A DNA stretch of 64,000 nucleotides, taken from positions 25,709,978-25,773,977 of the forward strand of contig NC_081374.1 in NCBI RefSeq assembly GCF_030684315.1, in the 5' to 3' direction. The DNA is from Stegostoma tigrinum (taxonomy: Eukaryota). The notes under the pieces are model-generated. The model did no database searches and was not told the origin of the DNA. It worked only from the letters and a program-made list of their open reading frames with translations. Below are positions 12,546 through 24,660 of the stretch, piece by piece; the stretch's first letter is position 1; every line of letters starts with the position of its first letter. Position numbers and translations under genes: made by a program.

Positions 12546-13742
12546 ATTTGCTTATGATTTTTGTTCCATTGAAAATTTACTTTTTAGCCTGCCTTAGAAA
12601 CATTCAGTAAAACAAAAGGCCTTTCAGAACATTTTTAATTGTTGCTGTTATACAGAAGAATGAAATCAGTTGAATGAAATAAGATTTGGATCTGCACATT
12701 TCTTTGACAAGTACATTAGTTATGCCAGAAGCAAAACTATCAAGTTGCACTTAGCTATATGCAATATCAAATGAAAATTCCCAATATCTGTTTAAAGCTT
12801 TTAATACAGTGATGTGAGGCATTCCTCTTACTGAAGTGTAGTTTCACAATATAGTCAGGTTAATCCAAACCAGGGTAATTTTATCATATCACTTAAAACT
12901 AAGTCAGAAGACTACCCAAGGATGAACTAATTCATATTCCAACTTTGAGGGAAATACCTGAGAAACATCCATTTCAGGACTGTTGTTAAAATCCTTTCAC
13001 TCTTGCATTTTCTGTGCTGTTTTTGATTTTGTGCCAGCAGTTGACATTTTAAGCCAGTTCAGGTCAATATGTTCAAACCAATAAATAACACATTTGCTTA
13101 TGTTAAGCCTACTGTTGGCACAATTATAATTTGATTAAATATACCAATTGCATCACAATATTTTAAAGGCAGTTGCAAAGAATGCACAACATAAAACTAC
13201 CATGTAAAGAAATAACTTGTGAAATTTCTTACGCTGTAATTTGATGAATCATTAAGAAAATAATAGGTTAGAAATGTCGAACAGACTTTAACCCAAGATT
13301 TCCAAGAATTTTGGGATCAAGGTAAAGATGTGATTTCTATTTTCTAAACTAGATGGACATCAGGGTGAGTCCCACTTTTGCCTGTGATTGAGTCCACTTT
13401 CCATTTAAAATTATTTTTAATTAGTTTTCAAATGTATATGACACTCCTCCGGATGGTGGGAATTGAACCCGAACCTTCTGGCCCAAAGGTACGGACTGTG
13501 GTGCAAGACACATTTCCACTTTTTACGTAAATAAATCTTTTTGAGCTGTCAATAGAGAGCCAATTAGATCCTCCAAGCATAGCCTTTATTAGTCACTCAT
13601 AGAATCGGACAACAGGTGAGAAGCCATTGCTGAGCTTGACAATTTCTGTTAGATTACACTCCTTTACACGGCAAATAGCTCTGTTGTGGAAATCATAGAA
13701 ATTAAAAAAGCAAAAACAACAAAAGCAAACTGTTTTCATTTG

Positions 13743-13974
13743 GAACAAAAATGGAAGTTGCTGGAGAAGCCCAGCAGATCTGGCAGCATTTGTGAAGAAA
13801 AAATCAGTAATGTTTCAAGTTTGGTGACCCTTCCTAAGGGCCTGAAGGTCTGAGGAAGGGCCACTGGACCCGAAACATTAACTCTGATTTTTCTTCATAG
13901 ATGCTGCCAGTTTTTCCAGCAACTTCTATTTTTGTTCCTGATTTACTGCATCCGCCGTTCTCTTGGTTTTTATT
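13743..13974. mobile_element. Palindromic PLE-tail mini-insertion (older subfamily)
   Basis: Inverted arms meet at cccttcct...CTGAGGAAGGGCCACTGGACCCGAAACATT; flanking direct repeat TTTCATTTG at 13734-13742 and 13979-13987. Confidence 0.8.
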
Positions 13975-14811
13975 CTACTTTCATTTGCACCTGGTTCTCA
14001 CTTTACATTAACAAATATTAACATGTACTTAATGTCATATTTGAAGCAGTCTTCTATTTATGTGTATAACATGCAGCTCTCATCTATAACTTGGAGTTCA
14101 TAACAGATCTATAATTTTCAGTGTAGGTCAAACATATGCATTTCCATTTTGAACAATCAAGAAATCAGGCCCAAAATGGTCCCAAACTCACACTGGTCAA
14201 ATCACTGTTAAAAATAATTTGCATGATCACAGATATAAAACATCAAGCAATTACAATTGGGCAGCATGATATATTGTAAATGTTTATTTTCTTCCCAATC
14301 AAAGATATTGCTTAATGTACTTAATGGTGCCTTTTCATTTCTGATAAAAAGATGGGTTTAATACCAAAATAAATTCTTTCATCCACCTGTGAACAGCCTG
14401 ACTTAAAATAACTGTAAATGTTTAAAAATATTACAAAACTTCTTAACTGCTTTTTTGGTGTACATTAGTCAGTTCTTCGTGAATGATTTTTTTGTTTTAA
14501 TATGCAAAAGATTTAAATGTGCCAACTGATTTCTGTCCACCTAACGCATCCAATTTGTAAAGCCTTCCCAAGCCAGTGAAATCTTGCAGTACTACCAGAA
14601 GAATATGGCCACATTTGTGGACAGAGACTGATCCCAGCTAATTGAATCTCCAACAGTGCAAAAGATTGTTGTAAACAAAGTAAATAAGCGGTTGTATGTG
14701 TAACTCACCTGTTTCACATTCACCAACCTTTTTGATAGCTTGGCTGATTTTTCCTCACTGCTGTAAACCAGTGGAAACACAAGTATATTCTATTCAGCAT
14801 ACTCAAATAAA

Positions 14812-15005
14812 AGCAAAATACTGCATATACTGGAAATCTGAAACAAATGAAGAAAACTCGTATCATATGTGGAGAGAGAAGTAGATAAACATTTCAAATT
14901 CAGTTTGACTTCAGAACTGAAATATCAGCTATAGAGAAGAGTCATATTGAATTCAATGTTAATTCGGATTTCTCTCCACAGATGCTGCCAGTTTAGTTGA
15001 TTATT
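14812..15005. mobile_element. Degenerate palindromic PLE-tail insertion
   Basis: aaaagcaaaatactgc...tgtggagagagaa versus ttctctccacagatgctgccag; arms meet near gacttcag/gaagagtc. Confidence 0.55.
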
Positions 15006-15154
15006 TATTTTAGCAACTAAATGTGTAAATTTTAAAATAATTTTGGCCTTGGAACAAGTATGTATCTTAGACTCTCCAATCTTATTGTTTTGGCAACTGT
15101 TATCTTTTTCTATGGATTTATTTGCTGAATGAAAATCTGTGGTATAATGATTTG

Positions 15155-15325
15155 TCATAGTCATACAGCATGTAAACCCTTCAGTCCAATCTGTCCATGC
15201 TGACCGTAATCCCAAACTAAACTAATCCCAACTGCCTGCATTTGGCCCATATTCCTCCAAATCTTCCCGATTCATATACTTATCCAAATGTCTTAAACAT
15301 TGTCACTGTATCTGCATTTTGCACT
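15155..15325 (-). mobile_element. CR1 3'-terminal fragment
   Basis: acccttcagtccaa..gtccatgctgacc...cctgcatttggcccatattcctccaaa. Confidence 0.7.
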
Positions 15326-16408
15326 TTGACTATTTTTATTTGAACTTTAAGAATTATGAGCCAGAATAACTAAATGAAATCAATTATTCCTGCATAATGA
15401 GGGCTAATGCCTTAACTTTTTTAGAGGCCAATTCCAGTTGGGATCCTGCCCGCACAATGTGTATGAAGGAAATTCGATATGTATTCTCTTGCACATGATC
15501 GCTACCTAATCTGTTCTCAGTTTATTCTTTGTCTTCAACTTTATGTCAGCACTTCGCTGCTCTCACCCATACTTTTAAGATTCTTGATATATACAAATGA
15601 ATTTCTTAACTGTAAGCCTTTTCAGAGTTCTATTAAACACAGCATTCATCTGGTCCAAGTAAAGTTTAAGATGATGAGAAAATGTGTCCCAGGTTCTGTG
15701 CTTCATGCATTTTTTTTTTTTTCTGTTGCTTTTTCTTCTGTTGTTTGAATTCTTCCATTCCTTGCTCATCCTTCTATTTCTAGCAAAAGTTTCAACTGTG
15801 CAATCAGGTACTTTCTCCTCAACACTAATCAAATAGTTAGCACTTGAACAGCTTTAGAAGCAAGGTGGGCACATCTCTTAAACATTCCTAGTCCGAACGA
15901 AAACTTCTTCAATGTGAAATATTAATCTCTTTCTCTCTTGTTCTTTCACTCTCTGTCACCCTCTCCACTGCTGCCAAACCTGCTGACTATTTTGAAGTCT
16001 TGTGCTTTGATTTCATATTTCCTACTCTAACACTTTCTTCTCTTAATTAGTAATACCTGCAGAATTGTGATGTTCATCGTGGCCACTTGGATCATTATAT
16101 GCCCTATTGAAAATTCACAGCAGCATTTTTGGATGCCGGTATAGGCAGTTTCAGTTTGCCACATCTCTGCACTAAATCCATAATGAATGGAGAAGCTTTC
16201 CTGAACGTGTAGGTAATGTGCCAGTCTGCACTAAATCATGCAATTGAGTGTCAGATTTCCTGGCAGCTCTCATGATTCATGTATTTTAAGGTAATGTACC
16301 GTGCTGGTTTTACTAATGCAGATGGAACAGTTGGCTGCTAAGTGACTATAGGTATCTCTTTGGTCCTAGTACATGATCTGATTGATACAGCGCATGCAGC
16401 TATGAACA

Positions 16409-16564
16409 CAAAAGCTGACGTTTCGGGCCTAGACCCTTCATGAAGGGTCTAGGCCCGAAACGTCAGCTTTTGTGCTCCTGAGATGCTGCTTGGCCTGCTG
16501 TGTTCATCCAGCCTCACATTTTATTATCTTGGAATTCTCCAGCATCTGCAGTTCCCATTATCTC
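16409..16564. mobile_element. Young palindromic PLE-tail mini-insertion
   Basis: Perfect 68-bp palindrome at 16407-16474 centred in the hammerhead core (CCCTTCA|TGAAGGG); tail essentially identical to 26728-26851; TSD TGCAGCTATGAACA at 16395-16408 and 16565-16578. Confidence 0.95.
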
Positions 16565-19297
16565 TGCAGCTATGAACATATCTGAATGCACAATTGGCAT
16601 TCTGAAACACATTTATAGAAAGCAACAGAATTCTAATGTAGTAACAACAAAAGTTAGAAATGGGCTACCATATTGCACATTTATTTTGTCATTAAATAAA
16701 CTTTTTTTTTATATGGACAGTAATAGCCAACAGTGGAACTAATGAGAGAATAATGTTGGCTAATTTGTACTGTAATCTCTAATGGATGACCCATTCAAAT
16801 AAATTGGTGTTCCACCAAGCAGTGCTGGCTCTGCATGCACAATGAAATGACCCACTATGAAAATTCCAATACAGGCCTGTCCTGTAACTGAGATGTCTTG
16901 ACTACTCATCCTTTTTAGCTGTTCTAATCTTTATTTAATAGACTCTAATTTGTGCCTTCTGTCTTACTGCTCCACCTGAGTATTTCCTCTGTGAAGTGGC
17001 TGGTTGTTGGGTGTCAACACACTCTTCTGATAGCATACCACTATATCTCTAAGATGTATTTTCAATTTGCTCATGGGATATGGGCATCACTAGCTAGGCC
17101 AGCACTTATCGACCATCCCTAATTGCAATTTTCATAGGTGTTTCAAAAGTATGTAACAAGTGCTAAAAGTTGTGTACATGACAGTTGCGGTCAGAATTGA
17201 ATGGATTCAGCCCTATGCAGCCATAATTTACTAATGATCCATTTCACAATGGTTATTATATTCTCCACTAAAGGCATTGCAACTTGCCGGAGCAACACCC
17301 AAACAGCACCCCGCGCCCCCACAAACACCAGCCAACCTTGGCTAATTCTTCATGGTCTAGAGAACCAACTCTAGAGTTGAAGAAATGACATACTGTATTT
17401 TGGTGATGTCACACTAATGATTGAATAACTGGTAAAATACTCAGTGTGTGAAATATGTATAAGGCTTGCAACAGTGCTATGCTTCTCGGGGTGAGATAAT
17501 GCATATTGATGTCAGGTATGAGTCCAGATTGTTAGAGGTTGTTAGTGAACAATGGAGTTATAGTAAACCTCGCACTGTATAGCCAGTGACCTAAAAAGTA
17601 GGCTATGGCAATTGAAGGTGGCATTTGTTGACCTTGGTCACTTATGAATCATTAAGTTTCTTGCAGCATTGTGTCTATGTCCTTTTGTCTAAACTGTAGG
17701 TCTTTACCAAGGTGGGAATCAGTTCTCACTTCTTGCCATGTAACCTTATCAGTGACCTGCTCCCCTGTGGGTTCAGAACATCTCTTCACTTTTCCACTGC
17801 CCCTAGCAAGACTTTGTAGTACACAATACTTTAATTATCTGCTCTCTCCCATGAACAGCCATTCTTTACTCATTTTTTTGTCTTGTCAAATACTGCTCCA
17901 GAGCTGGATTTTCTAGTGATCACTCTGTTCCAGTTACAATTCACCTCCTCTTTAAACAGTGTAGGCTAGCTTTTAGCAATGCAAGTTACTAATGACTGTG
18001 GGCTTCCTGGTGCTGTGTACAGTTAGTGAACAGCATGGCTGGTGTTGACAGCACACATTATTGTAATGAGGAGGCAACATAGAATTGATGTACTGCCTGC
18101 ATTATGCTGAATGGTTAGTGGTTAACTGCATATTCTGACTTCCCAATACTTATTTTTAGGGGTTATCTAATTCAAAAATGCCGTCTACTTACTCCATGTT
18201 TGACGGTGAGTAGTTGCATAGAACTATTTGGATACCAAATGTGGATCAAATCTGAGATTGACGGCTGAGGAAAGACAATGAGCTGGTGCTCAACCTTTCG
18301 ATTACTGATCGTTCATTGCCATTTTGAGTAGACTTCTCTTGTATTTTGTCATTTTAAGGGGTCACCATTATGTGAATTACTGCCTAAATCCTTTGGGCTA
18401 AATATAAATATACTGATGACTGTGAGAGGTTTGACGAGTGGAACAAGATGTTGTCAGATCCTGGCCTTTATTGTATCTTTTGACGTTTTTTTAAAGACTA
18501 CATATAGAAGCAGAACAGCGTAGACCAACATTAAACTTCTACATCTGAAAAGACTTTTTGTAGCCATGGTAGTGGTGTTAATTGGCACAAAGTAGCAGTT
18601 TGTTTGAGTGAAGAGCGAGAACATATAATTTGGAAAAGAATGATTTAAAAAGCATGAGTGATCACTAGAAAATCATGCTCATTGTAGCAACCTTGATGAT
18701 TGATTGAATTAACAGTATTGCAAAGATATAGTCAGTCATATTAATTCAGAAACCAGAGATACAGTTCTGTGCTCCCTACTTCCCAAGCCTGTTCTAGTCA
18801 ACCAACTATTCAATAGCTACTCAACTTGAATTTATCTAACACAACCACAAGGCTATCTGTTTATCACACACTGATATTGCTTCCTTCTTTTACCTCAGAA
18901 TATCTACTCGCATGTTCCTGCTCTTAGAACTAAAACAGACATGAGCAACAGTGTTATCCTATCATCTCTCAAACTCGGGACACGATTTGGTTCTAATGAG
19001 GGTGACCATATCTATCCATTTATAGCCATGTTGTTCTGGCTGGCCACAGAATCTATGTTGCATGATGTGACCTTCTATAGCCAGTTGTAGAAGACTGTGG
19101 CAACTTAGCACTTACAGAATTCAGCTAATAAAACACAATGGTAGCAGTTTTCTTTAAAAAAAAACACTTGTATTCCTGAGCAAAGCAACATTCTGTAGAT
19201 TGATGTCACTTTTGAAGTAAATTATAAATACAATTTTGGGCATGCAGCAATGAAAGATACACTTGCACAGAGCTCCAGCTTTACGAACTGGCCTCCA

Positions 19298-19500
19298 ATC
19301 ATAGAATCATAGAGTCCCTGCAGTGTGGAAGCAGGCCATTGGGCCCATCGAGTCTACACCAACTCTCTGAAGAGCATCCTGCCAACACCCGGCCCCCTAC
19401 CCTATCCCTATAACCTGCATTTCCCACGGCTAATCCACCTAGCCTGCACATCCTTAGACAATTTTTAGAATGGCCAATCTACCTAACTTGTACATCTTTA
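19298..19500 (-). mobile_element. HE1-like SINE 3' fragment
   Basis: atcatagaatcatagagtccctgcagtgtggaagcaggcc...ggctaatccacctagcctgcacatc. Confidence 0.7.
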
Positions 19501-19939
19501 CATAATTTGACTGAGTATTTAGCAATATGTGACCTTTTCCAGGAGACATAATGAACTTAGTGTACAGGCAAATCTGGGTAAAGCCAGGTTTTAGAAGCAC
19601 TGAAATTCCCAGTCGTCTCCTGCTGTTTTCCAAAAGTTGGTAGTTCATTTTACTGTTTGGAAGATATTATTGTCAGCATTCTTTGAACACGTGAAAACAG
19701 TAAGAGAATACACGTCTGATCACTTGCAAAAATGCATGCAGAGACCTATGCCCTGTTAGACAGAGTATAGACACAACATTGGTGTTCCCATTATACTTCT
19801 CATCAATGCTGCTAATCTCTGACTAGTTTTGTGGACTAGCTGTACCCTTATACCCTAAACATCATAAATGACAGCAGCCCAGTTTCCAGGTAGTAATGAC
19901 ATTCAGAGCTTTATTATGCATATAAAAGGATGCATAATT

Positions 19940-20122
19940 CACAGACATAAGGAGAGACAACTTCTTATTTATAGCTTGAGGGTAACCCCTCAATAAATGT
20001 GGGCAGGGTGAGGATGTATTACTTCATGAACTATTGCAGCTAGTATGGGGATTGAACCCATATTGCAGGCTTTTTTTCTACTTCACACTCTTGTCACTTA
20101 GTGAACTGAGTTAACCAACACC
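19940..20122 (-). mobile_element. Old tRNA-derived SINE (family also at 52930, 53280 and 60410)
   Basis: B-box ggattgaaccc and head ctgagttaaccaacacc on the minus strand; body tgagggtaacccctca. Confidence 0.5.
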
Positions 20123-20852
20123 ACCCTTTCACCTCTAATTCTTTTTATATGGCTAAGTCAGAAAGCAAAGTTCATCTTGTCTGGTACAATATGCTGATCC
20201 AGGTTAGTATAATTATAATATATTGTTTTTATGTTAGATGGCTGATGTGTCTAATTGCTAAAAATGTTGTAGTTGCAACCTCTAGATTTTCTTTTGCTGC
20301 AACTTTCAAGATTGCCTCAGTACCTATGTAACCTGAGGTTTCTAATATTTTCATAATCAGTAAGTGGAAAAAATGAATGTCATTTTAAAACATGGTGCAT
20401 CCCTAATATATTTTCGAATTATCAGCATTAAATTGTTGTAGACAATTGTGCCAATCATTAAATTTATTTTTAAAACTGATTATTATTTTAATATGATGGA
20501 AAATGGTTGATAATAATGCTGCTTCATGTCTTATCATGTCTAAATGCATTAACAAGACTGTTTAAAGAGTCAGGGCCATTTTTCAGGATCTGGTTTGAAA
20601 AATGAAACATAGAATTGGCCAAGTGCAATGAAGGGAAACAAAAGTACTCCTTAAATTCAAATTATATTGTTGAGGATTATTTGCTCTAAAGAATGAATGC
20701 ATCAGCCCATGTCAGCAGCTTATAATTCAATGGGCATGAAAGGAGAAGGCAGCCAATAGCTCTGAAAACATAGAAGATGTGCTGTTTATATCGATTTTAT
20801 AGCACACAGGCCACTCAAACTAACCGGTCAATGCTGGTGTTTATACTTTAAA

Positions 20853-21200
20853 GATTTATCTGGATGGTGCCAGGATTGGAGGGCTTGAGTTATAAGGAGA
20901 GGTTGGATAAGCTAAGGTGTTTTTCACTGGAGTGTGGGAGGTTGAGGGGTGACTTTTTATAGAGGTTTATATAATTGAGGGGCATAGAAAAGGTGACTGG
21001 TAGGTGTCCTTTTCTTAGGGTGGGGGTTTTCAAGACTAGTGATAATTTTAATGTGAGTAGAGAAATACTTTAAAGGTAGAAGGGCAATTATTTTTACAGA
21101 GTAGAATTGTGTGTGATATGAACTTCCAGGAAAGGATGCAGGCACAGCTATAATGTTTAAACGACATTTGGATAAGTACATGATTAAGAAATGTTTGCCA
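20853..21200 (+). mobile_element. CR1 3' fragment
   Basis: gagttataaggagaggttggataagcta...gaggggtgac..atagaggtttat...tttaaacgacatttggataagtacatg. Confidence 0.8.
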
Positions 21201-21914
21201 GGTGCCCCTCACTTCATTACCTGCAGCAGCATTATCTTCAGTGCCTTTCTTCCTTAATTTCACTTGTGATATTCACCTTAATTATCTGATTGCTATCCTG
21301 CAAGCAAAGACCATTCTTCTTGAATTCTCTATTGAGCATATCAACGACTATTTTATAATTATGATTCTGAATTTTAGGCATCCCAACAATTGGGAAAAAT
21401 TTCTGCATTATCCTCTAAAACCTTTCATGAAAGTAAAGACATTTACAAAACAAATTGTATCAAAAGTGAAGAAACCTGGGGGGAAAGAAAAAAATATCTG
21501 AATGTGGAAGACCGAGAAACCACAAAAATCAAGAGGGTTGTTGTGTGCAGTAGGCATAAAATATAGAATATGCAGAACAATTAAAATAATCAAGAAACAT
21601 GAAAGTCTCTTTAATTGTCCTTTAATGAACCTTTTTGGCCACCACTATTATCTATGCAAAATATCTTCAATATTAATTGCTTTCACTGTTTTAGTTTTAA
21701 GACCTAACCAGAATACGAGTTTGTTTTTCTTTACTTTTGGACAAATAATGCTGAAGAAGGTGACCAATTTATTGAAATAATATAATCGCCTTTTATTAGA
21801 TGATCTTTTTCATCTAAAATGGAAACATGAATACACTTTTCTTTTTGTTCTTATTGAGATGAGTAACTTTTCATCTCTAAATGTCAAATGTTTATGAATG
21901 ACTTATGAAAGTCA

Positions 21915-22320
21915 ATTGTACAGCATGGATACAACCCTTTGGTCCACCTTGCCCATGCTGACCAAATATCCTAAATTTATTCAAGCCCCATTTGCCAGCA
22001 TTTGGCCCACATCCCTCTAAACGCTTCCTTTCATGTAGCCATCCAGATGCCTTTTTAAATGTAACTGTACCAGCCTCCACCACTTCCTCTGGTAGTTCAT
22101 TTCATACATGCACCACTCCTGCATGAATATGTTGCCTCCTAGATCCCTTTTAAACCAATGCCATCGAGCTTTGGACTCCTTGACCCTGGGAAGAAGACCT
22201 TGGCTGTTTATCCTCATGATTTTATAAACAACTATAAGGCCACCACTCAGCCTCGGACGCTGTAGGGAAAATAGCCCCCACCTATTCAGCATCTCCCTAT
22301 AGCTTAAACCCTGCATACCA
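21915..22320 (-). mobile_element. CR1 3' fragment
   Basis: Minus-strand ORF GLSYREMLNRWGLFSLQRPRLSGGLIVVYKIMR. Confidence 0.85.
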
Positions 22321-23424
22321 TGAAAAGTTAAAGAAGGAAACAATTGACAGTTGTGGTAACTTATCCTTAGGCTATCTACTTAAATGTCCATCTTCCCCTT
22401 GCATTCCTTCATTAATTTCAGAACTCCCTACTGCTTGACTCATTTGTACTTAATGGTTTTCAAGATGTCATCTTCGGTCAGTTATGCTGACCTTTTGTGA
22501 TGACATAACTGACTGCTTCCCTGATTCTGCACATTTATGACTGCTTGAGGCAAAATTCTCATGATGCCCTGATTGCTCTACACCCTACAGCATTATGCAT
22601 CTCTGATTACTCCAAATCCCTCCTCTGTGATTCCTTGTATGTATTCTTCAAGTAGGTTATGTCAAACATGACTGCCTGGGACAATTTGTCCTTTCTATTT
22701 TCCACAGCCCAGTGTTTATATATTTGGATTACATTGAAATAAGTAGAATGCTCAATACTTCCCATATGTTACAGCACGCTTTGAAAACTGAGTCCAGCAA
22801 AGTCTACATTTGAATACAGCTTAGATTGCAGCATGAGAATTCTCCACCATGAACAAAACTCTCTTCAAGCAATGCACATGAACAAGGTCCTTTAACTTTC
22901 CGGTCATGAGGTTCACCCAATCATTTCCTGTCCAGCTCATAACCAGCTTGGTATTTGATATTGGTATAAATGATGCCATTTAATGGTTCCTGTACTACTT
23001 TCTCTTAGACATCATGATTCATCCTAACCTGTAAGTAGAACAGAATGAATATTATAGTGTGCATTTTTCCATTTTCTCACTTGCAACAGCATACTCATAT
23101 GTGATTTTCTAATCCATGCTCATGGCAGGCAATGTGACATTTAGAAAGCAGCATCTCAGGAGCACAAAAGCTGACGTTTTGGGCCTAGACCCTTCATCAG
23201 AGAGGGGGATGGGGAGAGGGAACTGGAATAAATAGGGAGAGAGGGGGAGGCAGACCGAAGATGGAGAGTAAAGAAGATAGGTGGAGAGAGTAGAGGTGGG
23301 GAGGTAGGGAGGGGATAGGTCAGTCCAGGGAAGACGGACAGGTCAAGGAGGTGGGATGAGGTTAGTAGGTAGCTGGGGGTGCGGCTTGGGGTGGGAGGAA
23401 GGGATGGGTGAGAGGAAGAACCGG

Positions 23425-24660
23425 TTAGGGAGGCAGAGACAGGTTGGACTGGTTTTGGGATGCAGTGGGTGGGGGGGAAGAGCTGGGCTGGTTGTGTGGT
23501 GCAGTCGGGGGAGGGGACGAACTAGGCTGGTTTAGGGATGCAGTCGGGGAAGGGGAGATTTTGAAACTGGTGAAGTCCACATTGATACCATATGGCTGCA
23601 GGGTTCCCAGGCAGAATATGAGTTGCTGTTCCTGCAACCTTCGGGTGGCATCATTGTGGCAGTGCAGGAGGCCCATGATGGACATGTCATCTAGAGAATG
23701 GGAGGGGGAGTGGAAATGGTTTGCGACTGGGAGGTGCAGTTGTTTGTTGCGAACTGAGCGGAGGTGTTCTGCAAAGCGGTCCCCAAGCCTCCGCTTGGTT
23801 TCCCCAATGTAGAGGAAGCCGCACCGGGTACAGTGGATGCAGTATACCACATTGGCAGATGTGCAGGTGAACCTCTGCTTAATGTGGAATGTCATTTTGG
23901 GGCCTGGGATAGGGGTGAGGGAGGAGGTGTGGGGACAAGTGTAGCATTTCCTACGGTTGCAGGGGAAGGTGCCGGGTGTGGTGGGGTTGGAGGGCAGTGT
24001 GGAGCGAACAAGGGAGTCACGGAGAGAGTGGTCTCTCCGGAAAGCAGACAGGGGAGGGGATGGAAAAATGTCTTGGGTGGTGGGGTCGGATTGTAAATGG
24101 CGGAAGTGTCGCAGGATGATGCGTTGTATCCGGAGGTTGGTAGGGTGGTGTGTGAGAACGAGGGAGATCCTCTTAGGGCGGTTGTGGCGGGGGCGGGGTT
24201 TGAGGGATGTGTTGCGGGAAATACGGGAGACGCGGTCAAGGGCGTTCTCGATCACTGTGGGGGGAAAGTTGCGGCCCTGAAAGAACTTGGACATCTGGGA
24301 TGTGCGGGAGTGGAATGTCTTATCGTGGGAGCAGATGCGGCGGAGGTGGAGGAATTGGGAATAAGGGATGGAATTTTTGCAGGAGGGTGGGTGGGAGGAG
24401 GTGTATTCAAGGTAGCTGTGGGAGTCGGTGGGCTTGAAATGGACATCAGTTACAAGCTGGTTGCCTGAGATGGAGACTGAGAGGTCCAGGAAGGTGAGGG
24501 ATGTGCTGCAGATGGCCCAGGTGAACTGAAGGTTGGGGTGGAAGGTGTTGGTGAAGTGGATGAACTGTTCGAGCTCCTCTGGGGAGCAAGAGGCGGCGCC
24601 GATACAGTCATCAATGTACCGGAGGAAGAGGTGGGGTTTGGGGCCTGTGTAGGTGCGGAA
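23425..24660 (-). pseudogene. 5'-truncated PLE ORF in the left arm: RT C-terminal half, Zn linker and GIY-YIG endonuclease
   Basis: FRTYTGPKPHLFLRYIDD...CNRRKCYTC...NVVYCIHCTRCGFLYIGETKRRLGDRFAEH; frame open but no native start. Confidence 0.92.

Noticed and set aside
16407-16474. Pre-miRNA or DNA-transposon MITE reading of the palindromes
   Set aside because: Arms match the PLE 3' UTR, the ends are asymmetric and variable, and TSD length varies; MITEs have fixed TIRs and fixed TSD length
24538-24660. N-terminus MEGVGEVDELF... of the 653-aa ORF, and MNGVGDDG... of the 433-aa ORF
   Set aside because: These are antisense read-through across the inversion junction at 24660/24661, not native PLE N-termini or a new fusion gene
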